The translations under genes were made by a program, and so were the position numbers. The notes under the pieces were generated by a model that searched no databases, was not told the DNA's origin, and saw only the letters and a program-made list of their open reading frames with translations. Of a stretch of DNA of 64,000 bases, positions 50,285-63,934 are shown in pieces; positions within the stretch are counted from its first letter, which is position 1, and each line of letters begins with the position of its first letter. The stretch comes from Octopus bimaculoides (taxonomy: Eukaryota): contig NC_068985.1 of the NCBI RefSeq assembly GCF_001194135.2, forward strand, positions 26,865,076 through 26,929,075, read 5' to 3'.

Positions 50285-51405
50285 GAGAATGAGAATATTA
50301 TGTTAATGAGTTACTTGAGTGAATTAACCATATAAATGAAATAAATAAGTTTCAATCAGAGCTAAACACATTATTATAGATATGGTTCGGAGGGAGCTTT
50401 CCTTTATTTTGCTATAATAGTTTTGTTTTTACTTAAAACAATGTCTGTATTTTTTATAGAAGAAAGAGAAATGCGATATTGTAATGCTCATACCTTTTAT
50501 CTGAGGTTTTAACGGTATAACTGGACTAAACTTAGAGCTAGCTGAAAGTTAACATATTAATGCAATGGACCCTACTCTGAGTAATTTATTCTCTAAATTA
50601 ATTAACTTGGTTTACATCATCTTCTACGACACCCGGTGCTACCTTACAATTGAAGTACTAGGATAGCTATGTATTCGGAAAAATGAATGCTAGTATACGA
50701 TATCAATGTCCTTTTCAATTGCATTAGTGATACAATTATAGCAAAAAAACTTCATAAAAGAATAATGTAGTCAAGAACTTAAGAGGATATCCGACCGCCT
50801 CACTTCACCATCCACTTAACTACTCAAGCCTATATTGTGATGTTTTTCATGAGAAAAATTATGACACGCATACACACACATACGTTCATACACATACTCA
50901 GATTCACAGGTGGCTGCGAGCCAACGAGGAAACCTTTAGTCGGCGCTCGACCTACTTGTAACAAGTTAAATCTGCTTTCCAGTTACACCCTACCGTATGA
51001 TTTAATGTACACTTGGTGATTTGAAGAACACATTGAACAATGTAGTTCTAGATATACCAAAATACAGGACTTGAGTCCAGACAAGAACAGATAGCTACAT
51101 ACATAAAAGGGTACTCACTGAAACATACGCATACATAATTACACTCATAGGCAAACATACGTCAGCAAATAAATACCTTTGTCAAAACTGTGTTTCCACT
51201 TTCAGATTCAAGCTTACATGAAAGTAGTCCCGACTAGGAAAGTAAACCAGACTACTACCGTTGCGTCACAGTAATTGAAGGCTACGCAATAAAGCAGTGA
51301 TTTCCAACTATTTGTAACCCAGCGTCCATTTCACAGAATGGCGTTTTACAAAAGCCTCCTACTCTGTTGCTTTGAGAGAAAAAAAAATAAATGGTATATA
51401 ATTTT

Positions 51406-51645
51406 ATTGTGGCTGTGTGGTAAGTAGCTTGCTTACCAACCACATGGTCCCGGGTTCAGTCCCACTGCGTGGCACCTTGGGCAAGTGTCTTCTACTATAG
51501 CCTCGGGCCGACCAAAGCCTCGTGAGTGGATTTGGTAGANNNNNNNNNNAGCTCTGGGGTCGATTTGCTCGACTATAAAGGCGGTGCTCCAGCATGGCCA
51601 CGGTCAAATGACTGAAACAAGTAAAAGAGTAAAGAGTAAAGAGAA
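51406..51645 (+). mobile_element. Young SINE family 1 copy (collapsed across a 10-N gap)
   Basis: Head nearly identical to 5526 and 52228; 3' tail ggcggtgctccagcatggcc..tgactgaaacaagtaaaagag. Confidence 0.88.
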
Positions 51646-52227
51646 GTTAATTCTGTACAGTGGTTTTAACTCTGTTTTCATATACTATCCCACATGGTAT
51701 GTGCCTTGTTTTTCAATATTTACATTGACTAATGCCTCCTATGTTAAATTTTTATGAAAATTATTAAAGTAGGTGAGGGTTTATATGAAGAAATTATCTT
51801 GGAACTTGATGTTATTATCAGCCATGTTTCTGTTCACTGATAACACAACGATGTATTTTTATCTTGAAGAGCATATTTTTAATGCGGTTTGAATTGCACC
51901 TGGTTAAAAGATTTTATTTCTTAGAAAACTCGTAGCCCTCTGCATTCCCAGCGTCTCCTTCATACTTGCTGTCATTCTGTGACCTCCTAACCAGTGGCGT
52001 AGCTGATACGGGAGCAAGAGGAGTGACCACCACATCGAACACAATATTCAAAATTGGCGCCTTTTCACATTTTTTTAGCTCTTTACTTACCCATATCAGT
52101 AGTTGTAAGTTTCATACATAATGACATTGTTACTGAAACACGAAATTAATGAATATAGAATACAATCATGTATAATTAATGAAATATTTCACGTAATATA
52201 AGAGAAATAAATTTAAAATTATTTAGC

Positions 52228-52389
52228 ATGTCTGTGTGGTAAGTAGCTTGCTTACCAACCACATGGTTCCGGGTTCAGTCCCACTGCGTGGCACCTTGGG
52301 CAAGTGTCTTCTGCTATAGCCTCGGGCCGACCAAAGCCTTGTGAGTAGATTTGGTAGACGGAAACTGAAAGAAGCCTGTCGTATATATG

Positions 52390-52422
<33 letters not shown>

Positions 52423-52646
52423 NNNNNNNNNNNNNNNNNNNNNNNNNNNNNNNNNNNNNNNNNNNNNNNNNNNNNNNNNNNNNNNNNNNNNNNNNNNNNN
52501 NNNNNNNNNNNNNNNNNNNNNNNNNNNNNNNNNNNNNNNNNNNNNNNNNNNNNNNNNNNNNNNNNNNNNNNNNNNNNNNNNNNNNNNNNNNNNNNNNNNN
52601 NNNNNNNNNNNNNNNNNNNNNNNNNNNNNNNNNNNNNNNNNNNNNN

Positions 52647-52699
<53 letters not shown>

Positions 52700-52875
52700 T
52701 TGTGTGTCTGTGTTTGTCCCCTCAACATCGCTTGACAACCGATGCTGGTGTGTTTACGATAGAATAAGTACTAGGCTTACAAAGAATAAGTCCTGGAGTC
52801 GATTTGCTCGACTAAAGGCGGTGCTCCAGCATGGCCGCAGTCAAATGACTGAAACAAGTAAAAAAAAAAAAAGAG
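52228..52875 (+). mobile_element. Full-length SINE family 1 with internal TA/TG microsatellite (gap)
   Basis: Head, internal (TA)n(TG)n, and tail gatttgctcgactaaaggcggtgctccagcatggccgcagtcaaatgactgaaacaagtaaaa. Confidence 0.9.
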
Positions 52876-53554
52876 TATGTGTCAAGGCGCTTTTTTTATG
52901 CGCTCGCGCCCCTTAACTTTAAAACCTGGCTACGCTTTTATTCAAAACGCATCAGTTGGAACATTACTGCCCAGGTTAAAAAACTACCAGTATAGAAGCT
53001 AGCTTATTGATTCACCAGTGTTAAAAATATATATATATAACAATAGTAAATGTCCCTTCTACTGTCAATAAAGTATCGAGTGTTTAATAACGTTACCACT
53101 ATTTTTGAACATTCGCTGTACATACGTGTATGTGAGTGTGTGCTATTACTATTCAGAACATTTGTTTTTTATTGAATAAAATATTCTTTTGATCCTCTTT
53201 GTACACATGCGAGCATGAAAACGATTAGATCAATAATATCTATCTATCCATCGATAGATAGATAGATAGATAGATAGATAAAATTATATGAGCAGTTAAT
53301 ATGGAATATAAAATCACATGATTAAGTTACTAACCAGATATTACGGGATTGATTGTTACTGTTGCTATACATTTGCCTGCTGTATGGGAGCTAGGTCGAG
53401 TAGAATGATCGGTTGTTTTTTGTTATTTATTTCCTGGTCAACCGTAATAGATCAAATGTATAATCATAGGCCTTTCAACCATGACCATCCCGTCTGTTTT
53501 TCGGAGGGGGATGAAGGAAAACATTTTACACTTTTCTTATCTCTTATTTGTTTT

Positions 53555-53895
53555 AATCGCTGGACTGCAGCCATGCTGGGGTACCGCCTTGAAGGGTTTT
53601 AGTCGAACAAATCGACCCTCGCACTTTTAAGTTTGATACGTATAGTATCGAGTCTCTTTTGTCGAATCACTAAGTTACGGAGGCGTAAACAAACAAATAT
53701 CGGTTGTCAAGCAGCGAAGTACAAATGCACACACGCACGGTGGGCTTCCTCACAGTTTCCGTCTACCAAATTAATTCTTAATGCATTGGTCGACTCTGAG
53801 CTGAAGTAGGAGGTATTTATTTACCCAACGTACAGCGCATTGGAACTGAACTCAAAACCACGTGGTTGCAAAGCGGGCTTCTTAACCACACAGCC
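53555..53895 (-). mobile_element. Degenerate SINE family 1 copy
   Basis: Reverse-complement tail (ctgcagccatgctggggtaccgcc) and head (cttaaccacacagcc). Confidence 0.75.
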
Positions 53896-55084
53896 TTCGC
53901 TACAATATTTCAATGGAAATGCACTACCTTTGTTTCAATTAATTTTGAAATAATGAAGAATTTAGTAGCATAACTTTGTCAATATAACGCTGATGTTTCG
54001 AAAATAATTGAACATGAAATTTCGGTAGAATTAAGAAATGAGGCACGGTCTCACATGAGATGGTAAGGAAGTTAACGTGTCCTTCGTTATACAAAACGAT
54101 GGGGTGTGATTTGAAGAAGTTTGGCTGCTATCTCGAATAGTTCGAAAAACCTTGTAGAAGTTTCCTCGATGGTTCGTGTAGTGGTTGTGCCTATGGGAGA
54201 GCGAACGGTTTTAAGGGCGTGATAGGTTCCATCCCTTTTTCTCTTCCAAAGATCTCAATGTTTGTCTTAGACAGCTTTGTGTGTAAATGGAGGGATAAAG
54301 GAAGAGTGGAAACTGGTTTGCAACAGTAAAATAAACACAAGGAATAAATAATAAATAGCACTAAAGGGACAGAAAGAAATGAGATTTCGACAGAGATAAA
54401 ATATATAAATAAAAAAGACAGATGATACGATGGCTGGTAAAGGGTTTAGATTTATAGTCGGGCGCCGTGATGTCTGGCGAAAATCGACCACACTGGAACT
54501 AAAACAACAACTACGGCACACACACACATACGCACGCGCACACATACAGGCACACTCCCTTCAACAAGGTATTGGTATAAAGTATGAAATTCATGGTAAA
54601 TCAAGAATTTGTATCCAACTTAATAAAAGGAAAAAGAGGTCAGTAACAAACTATAGACAGAACAAGGGAACTTAACGAGCAATTTCATACACTACTTATA
54701 GTTCATGGATTTCTTCTGGAATACACTCACACAAACACAACATATCATTATATATTATTATATTATGATCGTATGAACTGAGCAAAATACTCTATTTAAT
54801 AGGTTCATAAGATTGTGATATAAAATTATATTTTCCATTTTCAATATTTATTGAATGCCCTTCTTTTGACTTTATGAACCTTACTTGATCTCTGAGGAGG
54901 GGGCTTTTTGTTCTTGAAATCTATAAAGGTTATTAAAATTCTCTCTCTTCCATCCGCCCCTTTTCGATTGGCAAGAAGCTCTTTGTCTTCATTATTCTGT
55001 TTATTTACTTCCGTATCACTATGCTTGAAGCAAGTTACAATGCTCTTCAAGTTCACACATACACACACACACACACACATATAT

Positions 55085-55327
55085 ATCGTGAAGTATATTT
55101 GCCACCTGAATGTGGCGGGCCCATAGGGGACGATGCTACTATTGTTTAAAGCCCCAGGAAGACATCTCCTCCAGCTGGCTAACGACACACTGTCTTTTGC
55201 TGATAAGTATTTGCGAAGGGAAATCATCGTTCCCATCTCTAGGCTAGAGAGATGTCTTCCTGGGGCTATAAACAACAGTAGCATCGTCCCCTATGGGTCC
55301 ACCACATTGGCAAATATGCTTCACGAT
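55085..55327. mobile_element. MITE related to 8181-8468
   Basis: atcgtgaagtatatttgcca..cataggggacgatgctact / agtagcatcgtcccctatg..tggcaaatatgcttcacgat; the internal region is similar to the 8.2-kb copy. Confidence 0.85.
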
Positions 55328-55684
55328 TCCGTGCCGCGCGCGTGCACACACACACACACACACATATATTGAAGAAGTTGGAGTCAAAAGGAAGGGGTAC
55401 GGGGTACGGTTGGACATTTATTTTTAATCACTACAATTGTTTCCACGCAACGTAATTCTCCAGGTCTCCAAGTACTTGATTGTGCGCTTGACTCGGACAC
55501 AGAAGTTACAGTCCTCAGAGGTTAGAAATGGAGAAATACAAAGTGCCAGATATATATATAAAAAAAAAAAGCTATTTGGGGCAAGAAATATTGCGGAAAA
55601 ACGTGAAACTCTTCGAGCAGGCATGTGTCTTATGCGAAATCTGTGATGAGCCCCAGTGACGCTGATGACCTGGAGTCGCCTCTG

Positions 55685-55721
<37 letters not shown>

Positions 55722-55980
55722 GAGGAAAACAATTATTTTTCCATCTCTGAGCGAGAAGTAAGAAGTAACAGTACTACAGAGTAAAATGTACTTGCCAACG
55801 TAAAGTGGCAGTCCTGATTAGGACGATGTTACTACCTTTTTAAGCCGCATGAAAACATCTTTTCCAGCTGGCTACCGACGCACAACTGCGTCCTTGTATC
55901 TCGAGCAAGGTAGCTAATGTCTCCATTCAGCCTTAAATGGTACCTGCGGACCATATATATGATATATACATACACACACA

Positions 55981-56016
<36 letters not shown>

Positions 56017-56039
56017 CCCACACACACATATATATATTC

Positions 56040-56210
56040 GCCATGATAAATCACTAACCACTGCACACATTTTTTTTTCTCTGCTTGTTTCTCTCCTTGT
56101 TTCTTTCTGTGTTCCTTTCTGTGGAAGAGTGTCGGCTCAAAACCGAGCGTCATACTAATACATCTGTTTGTTTTCTACACCACCTGTCTTCGATTTTTGT
56201 GAATTCTCCC
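56040..56210 (+). mobile_element. Solo PLE 3' UTR copy (homologous to 16370-16565)
   Basis: ttgtttctttctgtgttcctttctgtggaagag..ccgagcg..ctaatacatctgtttg..ttttgtgaattctccct. Confidence 0.75.
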
Positions 56211-56259
<49 letters not shown>

Positions 56260-57159
56260 NNNNNNNNNNNNNNNNNNNNNNNNNNNNNNNNNNNNNNNNN
56301 NNNNNNNNNNNNNNNNNNNNNNNNNNNNNNNNNNNNNNNNNNNNNNNNNNNNNNNNNNNNNNNNNNNNNNNNNNNNNNNNNNNNNNNNNNNNNNNNNNNN
56401 NNNNNTATATAAACAATATATGAGTATATGCATATATATGTACATGTATGTATATACGTTCATCCATATGTACATATAGATACATAACTGGGTACATGAC
56501 GTGGCAAAAGAACAAGGACAAAAATGGTAAACAAGGTGCAACAAACAAGCAGGCCACATAGAAACATCCCCTTCATCAGCTGCCACCATTAAAACTCCGG
56601 CGTTTCGAAGAATTAAGGCAGTACGCATCGTTAAAATGGTTCATGTATATGTATGTACTCTGTCTGTCTGTATGTATGCATGCATTGAGAGGTTAGGGCA
56701 TTGCTAATTATTAGTGGCACTGACAGCTAAATAAAAATGTAGCAGCGGTGGCGGTAATGGTGGTGAAGCTAATGGAATAAAGGATTGCTAAAGTTGTGGA
56801 TTGTTGGGTGTGGGCCATAAACCTGCAGGAAATTGTTATTGTGGGAGAGATGTAATATAAGAAGCGAATATTGGTAAAGTTAATGGCATTAACAGCCAGT
56901 ACAATTAGTCAGGGCGATGATAGCGCTGGAAATCGTAGTGCTGGTCACGGTGATGATGAAATTGGCATAGTGGAAGGTAATAGCGATGGATTGGGGTTGC
57001 CGTTAGTTTTGGGAGTAGAGGGCGGTGGTCGTGATGGCCCCTTTTGGTAAAAATAACAACCCCACAAATCGATGGAGATGGGAAGGTGGTGGTGGTGGTG
57101 GTGATGATGATGATGACGGTGGTGATGTTGCTCACTGCAAAAGAGTTATGTTATTGTTT

Positions 57160-57189
57160 GCAGCAAAAACAGCGAAAGTAGTAGTAGCG

Positions 57190-57228
<39 letters not shown>

Positions 57229-57229
57229 T

Positions 57230-57262
<33 letters not shown>

Positions 57263-57360
57263 TAGTAGTAGCAGCAGCAGCAGCAGCACTAGCTGCAGTA
57301 GTAGTAGAGGTAATAGTAGTAGTAGTAGTAGTAGTAGCTGTTGTTGTTGTTGTTGTTGTA
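57160..57360. repeat. (GTA)n/(GCA)n/(GTT)n compound microsatellite
   Basis: Read directly; it explains the poly-Val/Ala ORF. Confidence 0.95.
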
Positions 57361-57498
57361 GGCCAGGAGGAGTAGGAACGATAAAATTAAGGTTATGCCG
57401 AGCAACGATGGTAAATACTCTCGTGATAAAAATGATGGGAAAGAGATGTGATGCGCGATTCTAGTGAATAAGAGAGAGAGAGAGAGAGAAGAAGGGTG

Positions 57499-57640
57499 AG
57501 AGAGCCAGACAGAGAGAGAGAGCCAGACAGAGAGAGAGAGCCAGACAGAGAGAGAGAGCCAGACAGAGAGAGAGAGCCAGACAGAGAGAGAGAGCCAGAC
57601 AGAGAGAGAGAGCCAGACAGAGAGAGAGAGCCAGACAGAC
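57499..57640. repeat. 18-bp minisatellite (ccagacagagagagagag), 8 copies
   Basis: ccagac occurs at 57505, 57523, 57541 ... 57631. Confidence 0.95.
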
Positions 57641-58042
57641 AGAGTGTAAGAATGTAAGAGAGGGAGAGAGAGAGAAAGAGAGAAAGGGAGATGCCTTAAT
57701 TGTAGTGTATGTCGACTCTATTAGCAGTGACCCGGCCTTCTTGATGGGTGGGGCAATAGATTTTAGATAACATTTTCAATAAAACACTGCCCCAGTAATG
57801 GCGATTCTCCCTACTTATATTTTATTTATTTATTCATTTATTTTGCACTCGATCCTGCAGCTGGTATTCCGCATTAAATCTGACTAATTGTCCCCAATTT
57901 TAGTGTTGGTATTTATATCCGTGTGTCCTTGACACACAATTTGCACTGGAACTAGAAATCTAGTTATAAGTAGGGCACACAATAGATTGCAATTTCCTTT
58001 ATTTATTTATTTATCATTGTTGTTGTTGTTATTGCTAAGGGG

Positions 58043-58260
58043 GGCGATCTGGCAGAATCGTTAGCACGCCGGGCGAAATGCTAAGCAGTATTTCGTCTGT
58101 CTTCGTGTTCTGAGTTCAAATTCCGCCGAGGTCGACTCTGCCTTTCATCCTTTCGGAGTCGATAGATTAAGTACCAGTGAAACACTGGAGTCGATGTGAT
58201 CGACTAATCCCTTCCCCCAAAAATGTCAGGCCTTGTGCCTTTAGTAGAAAGGATTATTAT
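58043..58260 (+). mobile_element. Full-length SINE family 2
   Basis: ggcgatctggcagaatcgttagcacgccgggcgaaatg..ttctgagttcaaattccgccgaggtcgac..ggccttgtgcctttagtagaaa. Confidence 0.9.
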
Positions 58261-59189
58261 TGTTGTTGTTGTTGTTGTTTATTCAGTGGAGGGATAGCAA
58301 TGCCTATGACCTTTTCAGGGGCATCCGTTATTGGTGACAGAAAGTTTTTTTCCCGGACTAGAGACCTGCCCCGAATGTTTGCACAGAGGACTACAGAGGT
58401 TACCCCTAAGCTAAAGTGGTAAAGTAAAACCGAGCGACAGATTACAATGCTCGCGCACGCGTTTGTGCTTGTTCGCGCGTGCGTCTGTTGGAAATGAAAA
58501 TAATTCCGTAGCTCACGATGGTTGTTCCCTGTTGTGGTGGTTTAGCGTCAAACCAGACCAAATCGAGCAGGCCTGTGAGCACGGGGTGGTTCAACTATGA
58601 CCATACCTTTAAATTTGTTTTCGTTGTTGTTAACGTGTAGTCTCACGTCAGTTCTCGAATTAGCATATTTAGATACATAAGATTTATGTTAACGACAAAG
58701 TGTGATTCACAAATATCTCACCAGATGAAGATATAGGACACTGCCCATGTACTCATAGGCTAGCTTACGAGCTGGTCCGCAGAGAAGAGACTTCCGGTTA
58801 AGAGGGAGAGGAGTCTCGGGATTTCAATGGCCGCTCGTACTCGCCCTCACTGTGTATCTGATTGAAGCGAAATTAACAATACGCCGACACTCTCTTGTTT
58901 CTGATTATTCTTAATACAACTATAAAGATACTGTTCCTGTTGTTGTTTCTTCGAGCATCCGGTTGGATGAAACAGATCATTTGCTACTTCTTTTTTTCAT
59001 AAATATATTTATGATTACATTATCCGATGAGGCCTTTCAATTTTAAAACGATTCAGTGGGTAGTGATTTGAGGGAGATTCTAAGGCTGTTGTTCCCAAAT
59101 CGCCACATGGTTTCGAGTTAGCTCCCTCCCTCACCTCCTGTGCGACTTTGGGCAGGTGCCAACAATACCTTGTGAGTAAATTTAATAGA

Positions 59190-59620
59190 CAGGTGTGTGG
59201 TAGCTCGATGTGGCAAGATGTTTGCTTCCCAGTCACATGGTTCCGGGTTCAGTCCCACTGCGTGACATTTTGGGCAAGTCTCTTCTATTATACTCTCGGG
59301 TCGGCCAAAGCCTTGAGAGTGGATTTGGTAGACGGAAAGTGAAAGAAGCCCGTCGTATGTGTGTGTCTACGTGTGTGTCTATGTGTGTGTGTGTGTGCGC
59401 GCGCGTGTTATTGTGTCAATGTTTATCCCACCACTTCTTAACAACTGCTGTTGGTGCATTTACGTCCCCATAACTTAGCGGTTCGGTGAAAAGACCGGTA
59501 GAATAAGTACCAGGCTAAAAATAAAAAATCGCAAGTAGTAGGGTCGATTCATTCGACTAAAAATTCTTCAAGGCGATGCCCCAGCATGGCTGCGGTCTAA
59601 ATGACGGAAACAAAATAAAA
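59190..59620 (+). mobile_element. SINE family 1 copy preceded by an older head (59070-59190)
   Basis: Head, TG microsatellite and tail ggcgatgccccagcatggctgcggtctaaatgacggaaac. Confidence 0.8.
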
Positions 59621-59636
59621 GATAAATGATATGTGA

Positions 59637-59697
<61 letters not shown>

Positions 59698-60311
59698 TGT
59701 GAGAGCGCGCGCGTTTGAGCATGTGTGTGGATGGATGGATGGATGGATGGATGGATAGAGGTATTGAAGGAAGGTTGAGTGTGACCGTTTAAATCGTTTT
59801 CAACTGCAAAACGAAAGATGACTTTTTAGCCCAGCCGATGCATCTTTTGCAAACTATCTTATAAGTGTCTCTATGCTGTTAAATGCAATGCATGCTGTTT
59901 GACATTGAGTACAGGCACGCGTGTATCTCTTCAGACCACCAGTAAAGAAAGACAACATTTATTGCATTGCATGGCAGACATATGTTCTTTCGGGTGGTGA
60001 AGATTTATTATTAGCTCGTTTTGGTTCACATATCCATACATAACACACACACACACACACACACACATTTAAGTATTATGTAATTTATATGCTTAGAAGT
60101 TTCGTGCAGCCGCACTTATCAAATTTTGGCAAGAGCAATGCACGACACACTGGGCCTGTAAACTTAAGTAATGAGTTTCATTGCTCCTGTTTGTTTCTCC
60201 AATATATGTGTGTATATGTGTTATAAATACTGTTACACATACACACATACGTACGTACATACATATATGATGCATGTATATCTATTATCTAACTAAAGGT
60301 CTATCTATCTA

Positions 60312-60348
<37 letters not shown>

Positions 60349-60349
<1 letters not shown>

Positions 60350-60723
60350 GTGGAGGCGCAATGGCCCAGTGGTTAGGGCAGCGGACTCGCGGTCATAGGA
60401 TCCCGGTTTCGACTCCTAGACCAGACGTTGTAAGTGTTTATTGAGCGAAAATACCTAAAGCACCATGAGGCTCCGGCGGGAGTGGTGGAGGGTGAACTCT
60501 GCTATATTCTTTCACCACAAATTTCTTTCACTCTTCCTGTTTCTGTTGTACCTGTATTTCAAAGGGTCAGCCTTGTCACACTCTGCGTCACGCTGAATCT
60601 CCCCGAGAACTATGTTAAGTGTACATGTGTCTGTGGAGAACTACGTTAAGGGTACATGTGTCAGGCTGTTCTGTTGAACGGATCAACTGGAACCCTCGTC
60701 GTCGTAACCGATGGAGTGCCACG
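60349..60723 (+). mobile_element. tRNA-derived SINE family 3, inserted in a (TATC)n tract
   Basis: A box tggcccagtggtt and B-box-like ggtttcgactcc. The body is distinct from families 1 and 2, and (tatc)n lies on both sides. Confidence 0.75.
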
Positions 60724-62643
60724 ATCTATCTATCTATCTATCTATTTATCTATCGACGGACATAATTCTGTGTGTGTGTGTGATGTGGTGTGGTGGTGGT
60801 GGTGGTGGTGTGTGTGTGTGTCGTCGTTAATAGCAAATTTTTATTCAGCCTGCCGGCTAAATGCAACACAGGTGCCCTTTCAGTCATTGTTTAACTATAT
60901 CAACTAACGGTCTATTTTTGTTTAGCATGCGGTGCCAGTGGATAATTGCTCCTGACGATGCTCAAGAAGCAGAAATCCGGACTTAGTAATGCCACCGCCA
61001 ATGCTGGAAGGATTTCATATGCTACTGATATACTTCAGTGATTTTTAACACAATACGTCTATATGAGATGCTTTGTCTGGACGAATGCTGTAGTTTAGAT
61101 CACTTTCAGCAGTACATATGCTTTAAGTATGATATACAGATTGCTAATATAGATTAGTAATTAAGAAGTTCGTTTCACAGTTACATAGTTTTGAGTTCGA
61201 GTTCATTGCGCAGTATACCATAGCCACGAGTAAAACGAAGACTGGTGATAGAAATTTGGGTGATGAGGGCGGTGAGGAAGTACATTGAAGGGACCTTTCC
61301 TGTTATTAATCTACTGCCAGATTGACGTAATCGGCCGGATTTATGGCCATCACCTGGTCTATGGGTTGACATAAGAGTATCAAACGAACCCTAAATTCAC
61401 ACTTATATTAACCCTACTTTAACTTAGATTATACAAGCGTTACCTCTGCAGAATAATGAATAAACGCATAGAATAGAATACTAATACTTTTGATTTAAAA
61501 CAAAAACAGGTCTTCTAAACCATCAATTCACGATCATAGAGTTAAGAGTGCCATTTTAGCGTACAGTCTACCTGGTCATTTACACTTTAGCATGCAGTCT
61601 AACCCTAACCTTAAACCGTTACACAGATCAAGTCGATTCACAGAGTAGCAATAGATACTGCAGTAGAATGCATGCAAGTTAACTTAGCACCAAGTTAACT
61701 TAGTACTTAATTTCAACAGGTGAAACTACTGTTTTCGGACTATTTAGAGACTTCCTATCTTATGAAGTTGTTTTATTATTAGATTTCCAGACACTACCCT
61801 TCCACTTCAGCACTCTTTAAAATTAACAGGAGGCTTTCACTCTGTTACATTCTACACAAGTTTTTAACAATGAATGTACCTTGGAACATTTGTTTCATTT
61901 ATAACATAATTTATTCAATTCACTTAAAACTTTTGCTTAATTCAATTAAACATAAACCATTCTGAAGTCTTAACTAGCTACATGCTTGCCTCTCGAAATA
62001 ACTTCACTTCTTTTACAGTAAATACTAACCTATAATGAAATGCTTATAAACGCGTGTTTCTCCTCTAGACTGCACCATACTTTATTCTTTATCTTCACCG
62101 GAGATCCTTGGACTGGATATCCCTTTTGGAGTAACTCTTAACTTTAGTACTTGATTCCACTTATTACCTGGGGAGATATCAAATCTTTTGCAACTACAAA
62201 TACTCATATAAATAGCTTAGATGGAATGTATAAATCCCAAAGGACATTTATATGTTAATACGTTAGTACGTTTCTAACTACCTAACTTCTAGGTCATGTT
62301 AAGATAAATAACTGAAAAGCAAAAAAGAAAGAAAAACCAAAAAAAAAAAGGGAAAAATGAAAGATATGTTGATAATATGTGGTGCTTATGGCGGTGATGA
62401 TGTTTATCTATTGTTTGTGGTGGCTGTTGTTTGTTGTTGGTTGTCAAGGTGGTCTTACTGCCGACAACAACAATTAAGTGTACTAAAGTGCAGCATTAAT
62501 TCACACAATATTTTAAATTTTAGTTCACAGAAATAAATTATTCGCCGAGAGCTCCTTATACGTATTAAAACTACCACCACCTCCATGAATTAACATCCTA
62601 CCTAAACCACAACCACAAACTTGCAGTTCTCAGTGCGCACGTG

Positions 62644-62710
<67 letters not shown>

Positions 62711-62779
62711 TCTTTCGTTCACTTCTGGTTTTGATTATTCAAATTCTTCCTCTGAAGAAAGTAGATAACAAAAACAATG

Positions 62780-63260
62780 TCTAGTCTTGCATATTTTTAC
62801 TGTCCCACTTACAAGTGGTATTTGTAACGTACGAGATAGCTGATTGATTTCAATTACTGAAAACCCTTGATTATCCAGATTGCCGCACGAATTAATATTG
62901 GTATAAATGTGAATTTATAATCTGGATGTAGATGCTGAAGGTTTCGAAACAGCTGTCCAGAGTTAACCTCTTTCTCTTTGATTTTCAAAAAGACATTCAC
63001 ATTTACACTTGACAGATGTTTTGATAGGAATGTTCTACCAGTATTCTTCGTGTTGATGTTTGTGAATGAATTCAATAACGGGGGGAGGGATTTTCTATTT
63101 TTATTGTAGAACAGTCTTTTTTCCAACTGACGTTGTATATTGTTTTTTGCAACAACGTCGTGTCACATAGAAAGATAATTTCCTGATGGCATTTTTGATC
63201 AGCTGCTAATCACATGTATATCTTCCACAGAAATATGACACAATCTACATTTTCAGTTGC
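62780..63260 (-). mobile_element. RLE-type non-LTR retrotransposon 3' fragment (R4/NeSL-like): CCHC knuckle and REL-endonuclease C-terminus, pseudogenized
   Basis: Minus strand reads KCRLCHISVEDIHVISS*SKM..YLSM*HDVVAK (CCHC plus RHD, with stops at the C and R codons), then GQLFRNLQHLHPDYKFTFIPILI and TLQIPLVSGTVKICKT. Confidence 0.8.
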
Positions 63261-63354
63261 CTCTTGGATCTCTAATGGATTTAATGTCTCTTTTGTTTAT
63301 TAGGTATTTTGGAGCAATCTGCTTTTGGCTTGTAATGTATGTAATGTATGTATG

Positions 63355-63359
63355 CGTGC

Positions 63360-63445
<86 letters not shown>

Positions 63446-63934
63446 AGATATACATATGTACATACTTATAAATGAATGCTTTTCAACATCTCTATTACGT
63501 GTTGCATTCTATGGCTGGCCATAGCCGTAAGAAGTATAACACTCAATGAAAAATTCCATGATGCAATGAAGGTATGAGTCAATATGGATGGTAAACTCAC
63601 TGAACATTTGCTGCAAGAGGCGCCTATCGTTGTCACATTTATGCAAGAGTGTAAGGGTAATTATCAGGATTGAAAAATCCACATCAGAGCAGCTCATGTT
63701 TAATGGGACATTCAACTGATAGTTCGAAATCTCGTTGCAGCCATCGCGAAGGAAGATGAAAAATAAATTCACATTATAAACTTCAGAAAAGTCTTGCATA
63801 CCTTTACTGTTCCGTTTAAAGATTTTTTTTTTTTTTGTGATGTTCGTTTCTTTTTCAGAAAGCCCCAGTTCAACTACAAGAGTACATACATACATACATA
63901 CATACATACATACATACATACATACACACACACA

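Noticed and set aside
51991-52936. Possible element bounded by cagtggcgtagc ... ctggctacgc
   Set aside because: Only an 8/10 terminal match, with no TSD found.
57025-57375. 116-aa Gly/Asp/Val/Ala-rich ORF
   Set aside because: It is composed of trinucleotide microsatellites with no domain signal.
61181-61720. 63-aa ORF and nearby taaccctaacc motifs
   Set aside because: No recognisable protein motif, and too few telomere-like units to call an interstitial telomere or element.
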